The notes beneath the pieces are model-generated. The model saw only the letters and a list, made by a program, of their open reading frames with translations. It did no database searches and was not told where the DNA came from. From contig OZ316892.1 of NCBI GenBank assembly GCA_973895155.1, positions 16,110,357 through 16,174,356 on the forward strand: DNA of 64,000 nucleotides. Reading direction: 5' to 3'. This document shows, in pieces, positions 34,044 to 48,800 of this stretch. This stretch comes from Marsupella aquatica. Its lineage: Eukaryota; Plantae; Marchantiophyta. Position numbers and translations under genes: made by a program. Every line of letters starts with the position of its first letter. Position 1 is the stretch's first letter.

Positions 34044-35399
34044 AGCAATACTTGTTTATGCATTCTACTTTAGTTGGCTAGGAACACTTCTTTGTGCCTT
34101 AATTTGCACTTAGGTGCTCATTATGGCCGCACCTGGATCACACTATGCTGCCCACGCTTATGTTGCCCTGTTGGGCCCCCCTTCCCGTGGGTTTTCGCGG
34201 GTTTCATTTTTATTTAAAAAACAAAAAAACAAAAAAAAAGATGTTGTAATTTCAAAACCTTAAAAGGGTTTAATGTGAATAAAAGGGGAAGAAATAAATT
34301 AAAGTGTTTCTGAAAAATCTTGGGTGTTGTAAAAGTGATTGTGAATAAATTGTAAGCACTCTAGGTATCCTGGACACAAGGGATAAGAATAAGAGCTGAA
34401 AGTTAATATAACTAGATTGATTTATGAAGAGAGTTAAAACATTCTTGCTAAACCATCTACTAACTACAAAAAGCACCTTAACTTAAACAACAACAACAAA
34501 ATTAATAATAAATTTAAAAATAGAATGCTTGAAGAGAGAAATTTGTTAGTTTAGAGAAGCTAAAATACGGGAAGAAATACAATGCTAAGCAGAACCTCTT
34601 AACACGGATTGAAAGTAACACATTAAGAAAACTGATACACACGAGATTAAACAAAAGTAAGAAAGTCCCTAAAATATGTAAGAAACTAGTTTTTCATACC
34701 CATTGCATCCACTGCTTGTAGGCACGGATGGAAGACCCCCATGGCATGAGTAGGGTTTAGACCTTGATGATTTGATGTACATGCATGAGTACCTGAAGTC
34801 TGAGTGGCATCGAGAATAGTGTTGGTACCCATATTTGACCTGGTAAACAGGTGAGATATCCGATACCGCTCTCACACCTATGCCTATGACTATGACTATA
34901 CATGATTGGACTTTGATATGGTCATGGGTGTACATGCAGAGGCGGTACATTTGAGGACAGCGAAGGAGGTGGTGACATCCTCCAACATTTAGGAATTTTT
35001 GCTTATTCACTTGACAATAGGTACACTACTCAAGAACCTGTTTTTTTTCTTTTGGGGTGGTTTAGGGTTTGTGTACCTTTATTACACATTATGTACACTC
35101 TTTTGGCAGATACAGTCAGGGATGGAACCCAAATACCACCAGTAGGTATCCTTTTTCACTGCTGTCCATGACTGCAGTGCTTCCAGCCTGTTACAATTAT
35201 GCACCCTGGTCACCACCCTCCCCAAACCCAGCCGAAGGCACAGGCACTGCCTTTGCATCATCCCACGAGCATTTCATGCCATGATAATAAGCTTTGGCAA
35301 CGTGAAAGGTTAAGAACCAGACTTTCAGGAGCCAGTAGGATGAGATGTCCTTGTGCTATCTGCCAAGGATCCCGTACCAGGGGTGTGACATGGGTAACG

Positions 35400-38300
35400 T
35401 GTCACCTGCTTATCAAACGACTAACACAACAAACACCACATGGTTCCACTAAAAATCGTTTGTATCGTATGACGGGGACGTGGAGGGACGCTATATGGAT
35501 CAATTTCATACTAAGGATGAGTAGATTCGTTTCCGCTCCCGGAAATGTATTTTTTGATCAAGTTTATCGACTATACGTAATCTGCTTTTGATCAAGTCCC
35601 GTGGACTACCTTGCTTCTACTCCTCCTGGCCTTTGGCAAAGTGCTGTCACCACTCTCCCACTCACAGGGTCGACCAAGCCATGTAATTTTCTCTAAATAC
35701 TCATACTAGGGGAAGAACACAATCGTGCAACCAAGAGAGGGAACAACACACAAGAAGTCATGAAAATCCAACCGAATCAATATCTATTAGTGGCCAAGGT
35801 AACACATTGCATGGGCAACCCGGTCTCCTACCGTCTACCCAACTCCTGCCTCACGGGACAATGCGCCTCTCCACCTCAATACTCCGCATCAATTCCCTAC
35901 TCTTGTTGAAGGCTAATCCTCACAAAAACAACACTAGACTGAGTTCCCCCCTTGCTCCTACCGGGGGCTGCTAGTTAAATACCGAAAACAACAATGCGTG
36001 AACACACAAGCCCTAGGGTGTGGCGGTGACCACTGCCCTGGCTGGCCGCCATCCGCTGGCGGCGCCGCTAACCTAAAAGTTTTCTACACATGCGGCACAC
36101 ACATGCACCCCTAATCCTATTGCTACCTAAGTGAGGCCAACGGTGCCTTCGTCGGCCCTCACACCAACTAAACAAAACTAGACTAATATCCTATGTAGGC
36201 CATGGCCTACCTTCCTACTACGGGGCGGCCAACACCTCCCACTACTCTGGCCATGGGAATAGCCGAAAGTAGAAGTTACTCGAAATTTGGTCCTGAGAAA
36301 TTTTGTGAGTAGCCACGGCCATCCTGATCGTAACCCCGAAAATGGCTCCCAAAACGGACATCAGACGCCCGAGATATGGCCTACCGAGTCTCAAATCCTA
36401 CCACGGCCAACGTCACTTCCAAATCGTCCGTACGGTCCCGGCCCCCCATCACGACATCAAATTGAGGTACCCTGGCCATGGCCACATGCCCTGACTTGGC
36501 CGGGCCACCCTCCTGAAGTCCGTACGGACGTCCTTACGGTGCCGAACCCTCATTTTTTCACAAAAATGCTCCGGTCTATATCTCTCTCATTTGAACTCTG
36601 TTTGAGGCGTGTCTTACATCATTAGATTCAGCTCAACGAGCTCCTTCCAATAAGCCCATGAGTTCTTGATTTTCAGAAGATTGAAAATTTCGACTTTTGT
36701 GTGGCCAAGGTCCGTACGGCTCCCGTACTAACTGTCATCTAATTTCTTGCTTGTAGTAAGATCCTCATCTATGGATTGGCCACTAGAACCCACACTGTCC
36801 TCCTGGTCGGGGTCTCATTGGGCTTGCCCTCCGGTGGCCAGGGCCTCTCCCCTCAGGCCGCCTTACTGTTGGCCAACACCCTCCTTGGCCGGCTTGCTAC
36901 CTTGCAGGCCACCTGCCATCCAGGTCGGCTTCTTCCTCCCTGGCCGGCTTGTTGTTTGGCCGGCACTCTATTGGTTGGCCGACACCCAAAAGTGATGCTT
37001 GGCCACTCTTGCCTTTTGACCCGGCCCCCGTTACGTTAATACTAGGGCCGCTTAAAAATAAAAAGATAGGAATCCCCCAACGCCTACATGGAAGGGCATT
37101 AGGGTACATGCCTTGTCTTGCCCCGGCCAGTGGCCAACCCCCCCTTATCCTGAGGCTTGGCCGACAACTAAAATTAAGAGTACATAAAAACCATCAACAC
37201 ACACCTCATCTTATTGTACGTAAACTATCTTTGGCGAGGTTGTAAGAGAACAAAAGCAAAAAAAAACTTGACACAAATCTATTTATTTACATGTGTGCGT
37301 CACTACTACCCTTTAAAATCATTCATTGGGACCATTGGCCCCGTCACATAGCTCCCCTCTTAATTGCGAAGCGTCCCCGCGAGCACCATACTCCTCTTCC
37401 ATGTAATACTTCTTCAACCGCTCCTGGTTGATGCGGGTGTTGAGTAGCTGTCTCTCCAATGTTTTGAGTTGCACAGATCCATTTGGGTAGACCTTGTCTA
37501 CAAGGTAGGGTCCCATCCACCGCGTGTGTAATTTTCCTGGGAAATGCATAAATCGATTATCGTAGAGTAGCACCAAATCTGCCTGCTGAATGGTCGTTCG
37601 TCGAAGGCGGGCATCATAGTGTAACTTCCGTTTGGTTTGTTGTTGCTCTGTGCGCTCCAGAGCATGCTCACGTATTTCTGTTAGCTGTTCCAACTGCTGG
37701 ATCCGAGCTGCTGCACTTCTGTCCTCTTCGTCCCTCTCCCTGGTCAAGATTTGGATGGTGGGCACCTCAAATTCCACCGGTACAAGAGAATGTTGGCCAA
37801 ACACAAGGAAGTAGGGGGTATGGCCAATGGTGGTTTTGTGGGCCAAGTTGTAGGCGTATGTAGCAGCGAGCAACTTCAAATCCCAGTTAGTCTTGTGGGC
37901 CGACACCGTCTTGTTGAGGATCTTCCCCATAATCCCATTTGCTCTCTCCGTTAGCCCATTTGCTCGTGGATGGTAGGGGGTGGTCTTCCGATGGGTGACT
38001 AAGTAGTTCTCGGTCAGACGCGCAATCGTGTGATTGAGAAAGTGTGTGCCCCGGTCACTTACGAGTTCCAAGGGTGGGCCAAACCGTGTGAAAATCTGCT
38101 CATACAAAAACCGTGCAGTGGTGTTTGCGTCATCCTTGGCCGTTGCCCGGGCCTCCACCCACTTTGTGGCGTAGTCAGTGGCCAGTACAATATAGCGTTT
38201 TCTTCCCCTTTGGGTAATCGGAGTGAAGGGGCCAATGAAATCAATCCCCCACTTCTCAAATGGTGCAAGGGGAAGTATGGGCACCAATGGGTGTCGAGAG

Positions 38301-41300
38301 GAGGGCCCTGGTTTTCCTTGGCGTTGGCAGGGGTCACATCTCTGAATGTACCGATGGACATCCCGAAAAAGAGTTGGCCACCAATAGCCAGCATCCAGTA
38401 TCTTCCTAGTTGTGGTTTCTCGTGCAAAGTGGCCACCGGCTTCCTCCTCATGTAGTGCCGCCATTACTGTACTTATCTCAGCCTCCTCCAAACAATGACA
38501 AAGGCGTCCATCCATCCCGTATTTGTGAAGTACTCCCTTCACAAGCAAGTAGGGCCCCGTCTTGCGTAAGAACACCGTTGCACGTTCCGGACCCAACCGT
38601 AATGGAACCTTGGCCGTACAGAGAAATTCAAGAATTTCTCCATACCAAGTAGTGGCCTCTGTAGTCACCTTGAAGACCTCTTCATCGGGAAAACTATCAT
38701 CAATCTCTTGAGAGTCAGATGCTCCCTCAATACGGGAGAAGAAGTCAGCATTGCTGTGACTCTTCCCGGATCTCACCCTCACCGCATAGTTGAACTCCTG
38801 CAACAATAGAACCCAACGTGCAATCCTACCAGACAAATCCGGTTTATTGACCATGTACTTCAAACTATTGTGATCCGTGTGGAACACGACCTTGTAACCC
38901 AACAAATAGTGACGATATTTCTTGCAAGCGTAAATGATACCAAGAGCCTCCCTATCGGTGGGTGAGTAGTTCTTCTCTACCGGGGCCAACTGCCTACTGG
39001 CAAAGTAGATGGGATGATCTCTCCCATCATCATCTAGCTGACTCAAGACAACACCGATGCAGAATCCTGATACGTCTACGTAAACATGGAACTCCTTATT
39101 CCAATTAGGCGTGATGAGTACGGGAGCCCCTAGCAAACATTTCTTCAATTCATCAAAAGCAGCTTGTCGGGAGGGAGTAGGTTCAAACTCACTTCCCTTC
39201 TTCAACATGGACGTGAGTGGCATGGCCACCTTGGCAAAGTCTTTGATAAATCATCGATAGTAGCCGACACAACCCAAGAACCCTCTCACCTCCTTGACAT
39301 TGGTTGGAAAGGAGACGGCCACCCACACGGCCACCTTCTCACGATCAACTTCAATTCCCCTAGCGGACACCTTGTGGCCTAATAGAATCCCCTCCTCAAT
39401 TCCAAAGAAACATTTCTCAGGATGGAGCTTCAAGCATGTCTCCCGGCACCGCTGAAAAGTCAACCGTAAATGTTCAGGATGATTGACTCGCTTGCCATAG
39501 ACAACAAAGTCATCAATAAAAATCTCCAAGAACTGATGCAAAAAGTCATGGAAGATGTTCATCATGAGTTGTTGGAACATCCTCGGGGCATTGCACAACC
39601 CAAAAGGCATCCTCCTAAACGCAAAAATTCCCCACTCCGTCGTGAACGCCGTCTTGAGTTGGTCCTCCTGCCGAATCCAGATCTGGTTGTAGCCAGAGTA
39701 ACCATCCAAGAAACTATAAATTTCCCACCCTGCTACCATGTCTAACACAATGTCCGTGAACGGAAGGGGGTAATAGTCCTTCTTGGTGGCCTCATTTAAT
39801 TTTCGAAAATTTTGACACACCCGTATTTTCACCTTGCCGTCTGGCCCCTTCTTCTTGGGCACAATGACAATGGGTGATACCCACTCACTGTGCATAATTG
39901 GGTAAATGAAGCCCGCATCCAACAATCGATCGATCTCGTCTTTGACCATCAATGAATACTTGGGATTGAGCCGGTATTGGCGTTGTCGTACCGGCCGTGC
40001 TCCCAACATTAGGTCAATGCTATGCTCACCAAACTCAGGAGGTACCCCCTTCAAGTCCTGGTGGCTCCACGCAAATACGTCTTGGTATTCTTTCAACAAC
40101 TCCTGAATGGTGTGTTGATCTGTAGCATCCAGCTTGCGGCCAATGTTGAGGGTCTTCCCTTCACCGACTACCACCTTTGTATATTGCTCTGGTCTAATCA
40201 CATCCAACTTATTGCGAGTTTCTTCATCAAATGTTTCCTCCAAACGTGCAAGCCTCATCCCCCCGTACACAGGCGTGTTGCTCTCTTGCTGGTCTGGCCT
40301 AGACAGGCCATTGGTGACATGGCTCATCATCTCCTCTATGTCCGCCTCATTTGCAAATGCACGTAGCTCCTCTCTTAGGTCATCATCTAGGATGTCATTG
40401 ACAAATTACTCTCTCTACTCATCATCAAACATGATATTGTGGGTCTGCCGTCTCACCTCCTCTGAGTGATCCTCCTCCGCTGAGTGCTCCTCCTCTTGAG
40501 TATCAGGGGTATGTAGTGGTTCAGCTCCCACAGTTTCCACTCGCTCGTCTTTGGTTTCTTCTGGCATGATGCAACCTTGGCCAAGTGGCACCTCCACTCC
40601 ATTCTCCGCTGGGGTAGTAGCTTGGGGACCAAAAACATCCTCCTCTGTAAGGTGAGAAATCAATTTCACCATGTATACTTCATCTTCATCTTCCTCTGAG
40701 GTGACCTCCGAATCGTATTGTTCCTCCATTGATGTAGTTTCCCCTTGAGGTGACTCAGTTGACCATGGAATGATGATAGTGGGGGTACCAAACCGAAACT
40801 GCCGTTTTCCCCAATCGCTAGTTACCTTGGCCACGTACAACCATGGGCGGCCAATCAATATGGGACAACCGTATGGCCTGACCGGCCGCATTACCAAGTA
40901 ATTGAGGGGGAAGGATTTGCCTCCAATCATTGTGGGTATCATGGTGAGGCAACCCAACGGTACCACTCGTGCACCATCGGCCAACCTCATAGCTCGTGCA
41001 GGTGGCTCCAACTCTGTGTATCCTAATCGGTTTGCCGTCTCTTCAGTCATGATGTTGACACTTGAGCCCCCGTCCACTGGTACAAACCGTATTGCACATC
41101 CGTTGATGTCTATCGTGAGTTCTGGGGCACCCAAATCTTTTGTGACCCAATTGACTTGAATGGGGTCAGCCCCTACCCTGGGTAACCTCCTTCTACGCCG
41201 TCTTCCCATAAGCATCTCTTTGACTTGGCGGCGGTAGAGGGAGCTATCACGTAGTAGTTGGCCAATGGTGGCAGTGACTGGACAGTGAAGTATGTCTTGA

Positions 41301-44300
41301 GTGATGTTGTATGCTGTTGCAGGAGGTATGGGTGGGATGACCTCCTCTCCTGGTTTCCAGCGAACTACCTTCTCCTCCGCTTTCTTTCTGGCTCTTGCCT
41401 CCTCCATGTCTTTGTCATTGGCCGCTTGCATGGCTTGTGCTTCTAGCTCCTCTAGCTGCTTCCGTACTTCCTCTCCTACTTTGGGGTAGAACAACTTGGG
41501 GTTGTCCCGGTCAAAGTCGCTATCTTCCATGGGTGGCACCTCTGGTTCGTGTGATGTGCCTGAGGTGGAAGCTTGATGCACCTCCTTGTATTTTTGCTTC
41601 TCAATAGACTTGTCCTTCTTCTTTCCAGATCGAGTGGAGACCCGATAACAAGAGTAATGCCTCCTCTCATCGTCGCTGTCCACCTCCGGTAGAGTCTCCA
41701 TGTGAGTCCACTCGTGACTTGGTGGTGTGTGCGCAACGACTTTTGAAGCTACAACAACAACCCTAGGTGCCTCCACAACTGGAGATACTACAACGACTGA
41801 AGATACCAACTCCTTGCTGATGGTGGCCAACTTCTGGTTGGGGGTGTCCACTACGGCCTCTTCTTGTTTGATAACCAGTCTTTTTCAGGCAGGGTCAAAG
41901 GGGTGTCGACTGCTTCCGTTGTGAGAAAGTTGACGTTAGCTTCCTTGAGAGGTGGTGGGGATCCCTTCTTCTCTGGTACCCCGGCTTGTTGATCTTTGAA
42001 CGCTTCCAATGTTGGGCAGTGTGGTGCAAGATGACCCTCTCCCTTGCACAACTGACACAACCGGGAAAAATCTCAATTTCCTTGACGTGTGGGCTCCGGG
42101 CACACATTAGCGTAGTGGCCAGCCACTCTACAATTGTAACAAATAGGAATCTTTCTCACTCCAGGATACGGTGCTCGATTTCCCTGAGTAGCACTGGGAT
42201 AGTTGGAGTATGATGGTGCTCCAGCGTTAGTTGAGACGCCATGAATGCTCCTAGGTCCCGGGTTGAGAGGTTGTACACTATACACATTGGCCTCTGGTGG
42301 CTCCTCCATGAAGTACTCTACTGGCCCTTCCGTTGCATAGGGAGGGGTTGAGTAGCTTGCCCCCTCACCGTCCTCCTCCCGTACTTGGAAAACCTTGGAC
42401 GGTTCTCCCGTTGGGCACTCTTTTGGGGCATGGCCAAACTTCATGCACTTGGTACACCACACATTGGCTCTCTCCACCGGAACTTTTCTCCTCTCTGGCT
42501 TGAGTCCTGCAAAATGCACTTTTAATGCTTTCATTTGCTCTGTCAACTCGTCGTACCTGGCCTCTTGCTCCTTCAGACGTCTTGCCGTTGACAATGGCGT
42601 AACGGCCACCATGGGTAGTACCACTTCACAATGAGAGGACTTCTTGATCTTCTTGGACAACTTTTTCTTCTTCTTCCTCCGTTTTTCAGCTTCTGACTCC
42701 GTAGTGCTCTCAGAGTCCTCAGATTCATCACTACTATCCGACTCAGATCCACTTGATTCATCACTAGAGGAACTGTCAACCGGCTTCAGCTTCTTACGTC
42801 GACAACATTTGCTTGTGGCATTGGCCGCAGTGTATGACTCTGTTGCTGCGATAGCTTCAGCCAATGTGGTCGGCTTGGCTTGACGTACAAAGAACCCCAT
42901 CTTGCTTGGTAGGGCAGCTACAAACCACGCTTGACGCATAGCATCATCGGTACGAGCTTGTATCCGTCGTACCAACTTTTAGAACCTTTGCAAAAACCTC
43001 CGTAATGACTCCTTCTTCTTCATTCTGAGTTGGCCCACCTTCAAAAGTGAGGTGGCCTCCACTCCAATGGATCTGAACTCCTTCAAGAAGGCTTGCTTGA
43101 ATAAAGCCCAATCGGCTTTGACATTGGCCAACAAGGAAATGAACCATGGGCCTGCCTCTCCCCTCATCATTCCAGGAATGATAGTGAGCTTGTGTGCAGA
43201 CTCCCCATTAGCTTCGGCTATTCCCTCAAACTCCTCAATCCATTCATCTGGATCATCCTTCGGCCTACCCTTGAAGGGTACGTACTGAACACGGGTACGT
43301 TGAGCAGTGGCCATGTGGGCTATTTGGGGTAGTGCGGACCTCCGTGCCACTGGTAGCAGTACAATGGGTTCCGGACTTGGACTCCGTGAAAGCTCCCGTT
43401 GCACCACCCCAAAGAGCTCCCTCTGCTAGCGCTTGGTCTGCTTCCGGTTCGTCGTCTACACGTATGGCTTCATTATGTTGAGTCGCTTCTCGGTGTACTC
43501 CACGATGTCCTCCCAACTCTAGTGGCAACCTCCACTCCTCAGCAAGTTGTAATCGTTCTTTGGCCGCCACTCTTCATCTAGTACCAATCCAAGATGGCCC
43601 TTGGCCTAGCTCTGGTATTGGCATACGAATGCGTTGGGGAGTTGCTCTACCTCCCTTTCTCCCTCTCGGCATCCCATTGAGTCCTGCATGCCAAGCTCAC
43701 AAAATATATATCACCAACAAATCTTCTCACACATCAACCGTCACAAGTTGCATTGTGGTTGATGCACAATAACAAAGGAACCAAAGAACTTCTCACGTAT
43801 CAATCGTCGCAAGTAAGTTGCGTTGTGGTTGATACGTCTAAAATCCAAATAGACGTAGCTTCCCTCCTTCTGCAATCAAACAAGAAGAAGGTATCCCCGG
43901 CAGCGGCGCCAAAAACAGGACCTCACCTATGTCACCTGCTTATCAAACGACTAACACAACAAACACCACATGGTTCCACTAAAAATCATTTGTATCGTAT
44001 GACGGGGACGTGGAGGGACGCTATATGGATCAATTTCATACTAAGGATGAGTAGATTCGTTTCCGCTCCCGGAAATGTATTTTTTGATCAAGTCTACCGA
44101 CTATACGTAATCTGCTTTTGATCAAGTCCCGTGGACTACCTTGCTTCTACTCCTCCTGGCCTTTGGCAAAGTGCTGTCACCACTCTCCCACTCACAGGGT
44201 CGACCAAGCCATGTAAGTTTCTCTAAATACTCATACTAGGGGAAGAACACAATCGTGCAACCAAGAGAGGGAACAACACACAAGAAGTCATGAAAATCCA

Positions 44301-45875
44301 ACCGAATCAATATCTATTAGTGGCCAAGGTAACACATTGCATGGGCAACCCGGTCTCCTACCGTCTACCCAACTCCTGCCTCACGGGACAATGCGCCTCT
44401 CCACCTCAATACTCCGGATCAATTCCCTACTCTTGTTGAAGGCTAATCCTCACAAAAACAACACTAGACTGAGTTCCCCCCTTGCTCCTACCGGGGGCTG
44501 CTAGTTAAATACCGAAAACAACAATGCGTGAACACACAAGCCCTAGGGTGTGGCGGCGACCACTGCCCTGGCTGGCCGCCATCCGCTGGCGGCGCCGCTA
44601 ACCTAAATGTTTTCTACACATGCGGCACACACATGCACCCCTAATCCTATTGCTACCTAAGTGAGGCCAACGGTGCCTTCGTCGGCCCTCACACCAACTA
44701 AACAAAACTAGACTAATATCCTATGTAGGCCATGGCCTACCTTCCTACTACGGGGCGGCCAACACCTCCCACTACTCTGGCCATGGGAATAGCTGAAAGT
44801 AGAAGTTACTCGAAATTTGGTCCTGAGAAATTTTGCGAGTAGCCACGACCATCCTGATCGTAACCCCGAAAATGGCTCCCAAAACGGACATCAGACGCCC
44901 GAGATATGGCCTACCGAGTCTCAAATCCTACCACGGCCAACGTCACTTCCAAATCGTCCGTACGGTCCCGGCCCCCCATCACGACATCAAATTGAGGTAC
45001 CCTGGCCATGGCCACATGCCCTGACTTGGCCGGGTCACCCTCCTGAAGTCCGTACGGACGTCCGTACGGCGCCGAACCCTCATTTTTTCACAAAAATGCT
45101 CCGGTCTATATCTCTCTCATTTGAACTCCGTTTGAGGCGTGTCTTACATCATTAGATTCAGCTCGACGAGCTCCTTCCAATAAGCCCATGAGTTCTTGAT
45201 TTTCAGAAGATTGAAAATTTCGACTTTTGTGTGGCCAAGGTCCGTACGGCTCCCGTACTAACTGTCATCTAATTGCTTGCTTGTAGTAAGATCCTCATCT
45301 ATGGATTGGCCACTAGAACCCACACTGTCCTCCTGGTCGGGGTCTCATTGGGCTTGCCCTCCGGTGGCCAGGGCCTCTCCCCTCAGGCCGCCTTACTGTT
45401 GGCCAACACCCTCCTTGGCCGGCTTGCTGCCTTGCAGGGCCTGCCACCCAGGTCGACTTCTTCCTCCCTGGCCGGCTTGTTGTTTGGCCGGCACTCTATT
45501 GGTTGGCCGACACCCAAAAGTGATGCTTGGCCACTCTCGCCTTTCGACCCGGCCCCCATTACGTTAATACTGGGGCCGCTTAAAAATAAAAAGATAGGAA
45601 TCCCCTAACGCCTACATGGAAGGGCATTAGGGTACATGCCTTGTCTTGCCCCGGCCAGTGGCCAACCCCCCCTTATCCTGAGGCTTGGCCGACAACTAAA
45701 ATTAAGAGGACATAAAAACCATCAACACTCACCTCATCTTATTGTACGTAAACTATCTTTGGCGAGGTTGTAAGAGAACAAAAGCAAAAAAAACTTGACA
45801 CAAATCTATTTATTTACATGTGTGCGTCACTACTACCCTTTAAAATCATTCCTTGGGACCATTGGCCCCGTCACA
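35400..45875 (-). mobile_element. Athila-like Gypsy, copy 2 (product of the tandem duplication)
   Basis: LTRs 35400-37348 and 43930-45875; same flanks and same mismatched TSD as copy 1. Confidence 0.95.
37319..43672 (-). pseudogene. Gypsy gag-pol, copy 2
   Basis: Same stops as copy 1, but RNase H-integrase is open (37319-39229, FHVYVDVSG intact). Confidence 0.95.
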
Positions 45876-45880
45876 TAACA

Positions 45881-48800
45881 TGTCACTTAACGGAAGGCAA
45901 GTCCTAGATTAGGACTTATATGGTCATTAGGACCGTAGCCGTAGCGTAAAGTAGTACAAATAGCCATCTTTGCCATTATGAATAGATTAGGAATAGGTTA
46001 GTTACAAATTAAGGGAAGGAAATTATTACAATCGGCCAAGGTACGATGGCGGCGGCAAAGTAAAAATCCGTTAATAGATCATGCTTGGACCGAGACACCC
46101 AGCTTTGAGCCATTATCAACGACTAAAACGGCCTCGCCTTCTCACGCTTGAGCTCACCCTGGCACCTCCATAAGAGCTGAGTTGATGGCGCTGCGGCCCA
46201 TTTTCTCATTCATACCTTTCGGAATTCACGGACGCTGCCACTCACTCTCGCATGTTGCTCGGGTCGAGCTAACTTTTACGAGGAAATTATCGAAGGTCAA
46301 GAGCGGATTGTGGTGAGATTTTGTTAGGGCGAGGAAGACCTCCACCAACAAGCAAAATTGCCAGGCGGGGACGCGGACTCGACAAACCAAACTACAAAGG
46401 TTAGTATGACCCTTACAGCTTTGGGATTTTGGAACTTGTTTGGTGAGGTAGGTGCTAAGTTCTTCGAGACTTACTCGTACTCTTGCCCCGAGAGAGCCAC
46501 CTACAAATGAAGATACGCAAAGTTGGTGGCCAAGGTAGCGCAGGTTAACTGTGAGAAGACAGCCATCACTAGGGATTCCAGCTACAATGAGCTACGAGAC
46601 TACATCACCGAGCTGTATCTGAGCGAGGAGGGACTTAGATCGATAGCAGAGGCGATTCTTGAAGTCCCCGCAAAGTTCTTTAGGCTGAAGGGCAGCCAGA
46701 GGCTGACTCAAGCGGAGTTCGACAAGATCTCGGGTTACATCGACCAGCAGATTGCAGCCGAGAAGCACAAAGAAGACATCAGCAGACAACAGGAAGCGGC
46801 GCGTAATCTCACGTTTCTCGGGGAAAGCTCCAACACCTTTGACTGGGATATGGCTACTCCAACGGCACCCCCGACCACTTGGCCTACGACTACCGGCGTA
46901 CCGCCAAACCAAACCCGGGTCCCTCCAATGAACACCACCGAGTGCTCTTCAGGTTCCGATGGACGAGTTAGTCCGCAGCTCGAGCAGCGTTCTCGGAAGC
47001 GGTGTCGTCGGGAAAAATGTTTGACAACTGAAGTGGAGTGTCCTGGATCTAGTCAACTTGCTTGTCCGAGTCAGAATGTAGTAGTACTCTGATTGTGAAG
47101 GAAAGGAAAAAAAGAGAAACTGAACTTGAGTTAAAGGTTAGTGAGACAAAAGAGGAATAAAGAGTGGAGAATGAAGCTTAGACTAAAAGTAAATAGGGCA
47201 ATTATTGTGGTTGAGACACGTGGCATCCCGTGAGCACGTCTCATAAGGGTCAGTTTGAAGTGGAGCGCGTGACGAGGAACGGGAGGAAGGAGAAACGGCC
47301 AAAGGAATAAGGGGCAGTTAGAGGGATTCTTGGGTAAAAAATGGAGGTGAAGAGGTTGAATTGGATGAACTGAAAAGAGGGTTAAACAGAGAGAGGAAAA
47401 AGGACGCGTGAGTTTTCTAGGCAAAAGGTGATTGCTGGCGCATTGTGGCGATGTTACGGAGCTTTTGATTTTCCATGGAAGAGAGCTATTATTGATTGTG
47501 TGGAGCTTCCGGGTAGAGGACACGCACAGCCATTGTGGTTTGGTGCTTGAAGTTGTTGCCGGTGCAGGTGATTCGGCATCCAGTGGAGTGGGAAGAAGAA
47601 GTGGAGATGGCAGGGTGATTGGCGGATAGCGTTGCGGGTAGTTATGGAGATTCAGAAAAGACACAGAGGAGAACTTGGCGATGGTGAATAGGGAGGAAGG
47701 GTGGAAATCGATGAACGAAAGAGGGTGTATGTGTTTGCGCAAAGGAAGAGAGAAAGAGGAATGAACTGAGGGGAGTGACGAGCGCAAGTTGGTGAGAAGA
47801 AGGGAAGGAATTTGAAAGAAGAAAAGGAACATCAGGATCGAAGAGGATGGAAGTAATTTGATGTCGAGAGAAAGGACGCTAGGGAGAGCTCGTAAGGAAA
47901 GAGAGGGAATTTAACAGCCGAGGACAGGGATTTTGGAGGTGAAAGTTTTCAAGGGAAGGTGTGCGCGCGTGATCAGAGTCGAGAGCGCTATGCAGGTTCG
48001 AGGGGAGAGGATTGAATGATAGCCGATTGTGAGCAGATTGTGTGTGGCTGTTGATCTCGTCTTCGGATGAACAGAGCGATGTGGTCCCAGGTGACATGAA
48101 ATGGAGAGGATTCATAGGTTGAGATCAGAGAGTGAAGGAATGGAGTCGAAAAATAGGAGCTTTTGATAGGAGTTCAGAGAAAGAAGTGGAAATCAATGGA
48201 GAGAGAAGAGAGTGTGTGTGTGCGATCTGCTTCGGAGCTTTCAAGTGAATGAGACGACTTCAGGGGAAAAGAATGGTGTGACAGGGATGAGTAATTTCTT
48301 CGGGAATTCAAAAGTGAGAAAATGGAGGACGGTGTGTTAAGCTTATTTGGGATTTTTCGGGAAGAAAAAAGAGGAGAAGGGAAAAGCTGCCGATCATTGA
48401 AGAGAACTGGAGAAAGTTTCTTTTTTTGAAGAAGCGCAGACCGATAACGATACGGTGGTGAAAGGAATTTTGGGAGAATGTCACTGGGAAGTGGAGATCG
48501 GCTGATGGGAGCAAATGTGAAGGAAAGCGAATGGATTGAGGTGAATGCGTGGAAGCTTTCCAGTGAAAGAAGTACAGGCAAATGAAGGACGAATGGCTAA
48601 TATGAATGTAAGGTGGCAGTGAAAGATCAAAGTTCGTGGTGGGAAGGTTTCTTTCGAAGAGGAGAACCGAGGGAAAGAGAATGTGTATCAAAAACAGGAA
48701 TATGGTGAATGAGGTTATTTGTGAAGTAAATAGGAGTAACAGTACAGAGGAGATATTCGGGCTACTAAAAGAAGAGCGATGAAGTTGAATGAAAATTGAG

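Larger units (their letters stand above)
27266..34236 (+). mobile_element. Full-length decayed plant L1 LINE (copy 1)
   Basis: 16-bp TSD aaagatgttgtaattt (27250-27265 and 34237-34252); A-rich tail; ORF1 and ORF2 remnants. Confidence 0.95.
23515..34700 (+). mobile_element. Long LTR of a second LTR element (copy 1; interrupted by L1; last 22 bp lost at the duplication junction)
   Basis: Starts TGTCAC immediately after the TSD; same sequence as 45881-57068. Confidence 0.7.
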
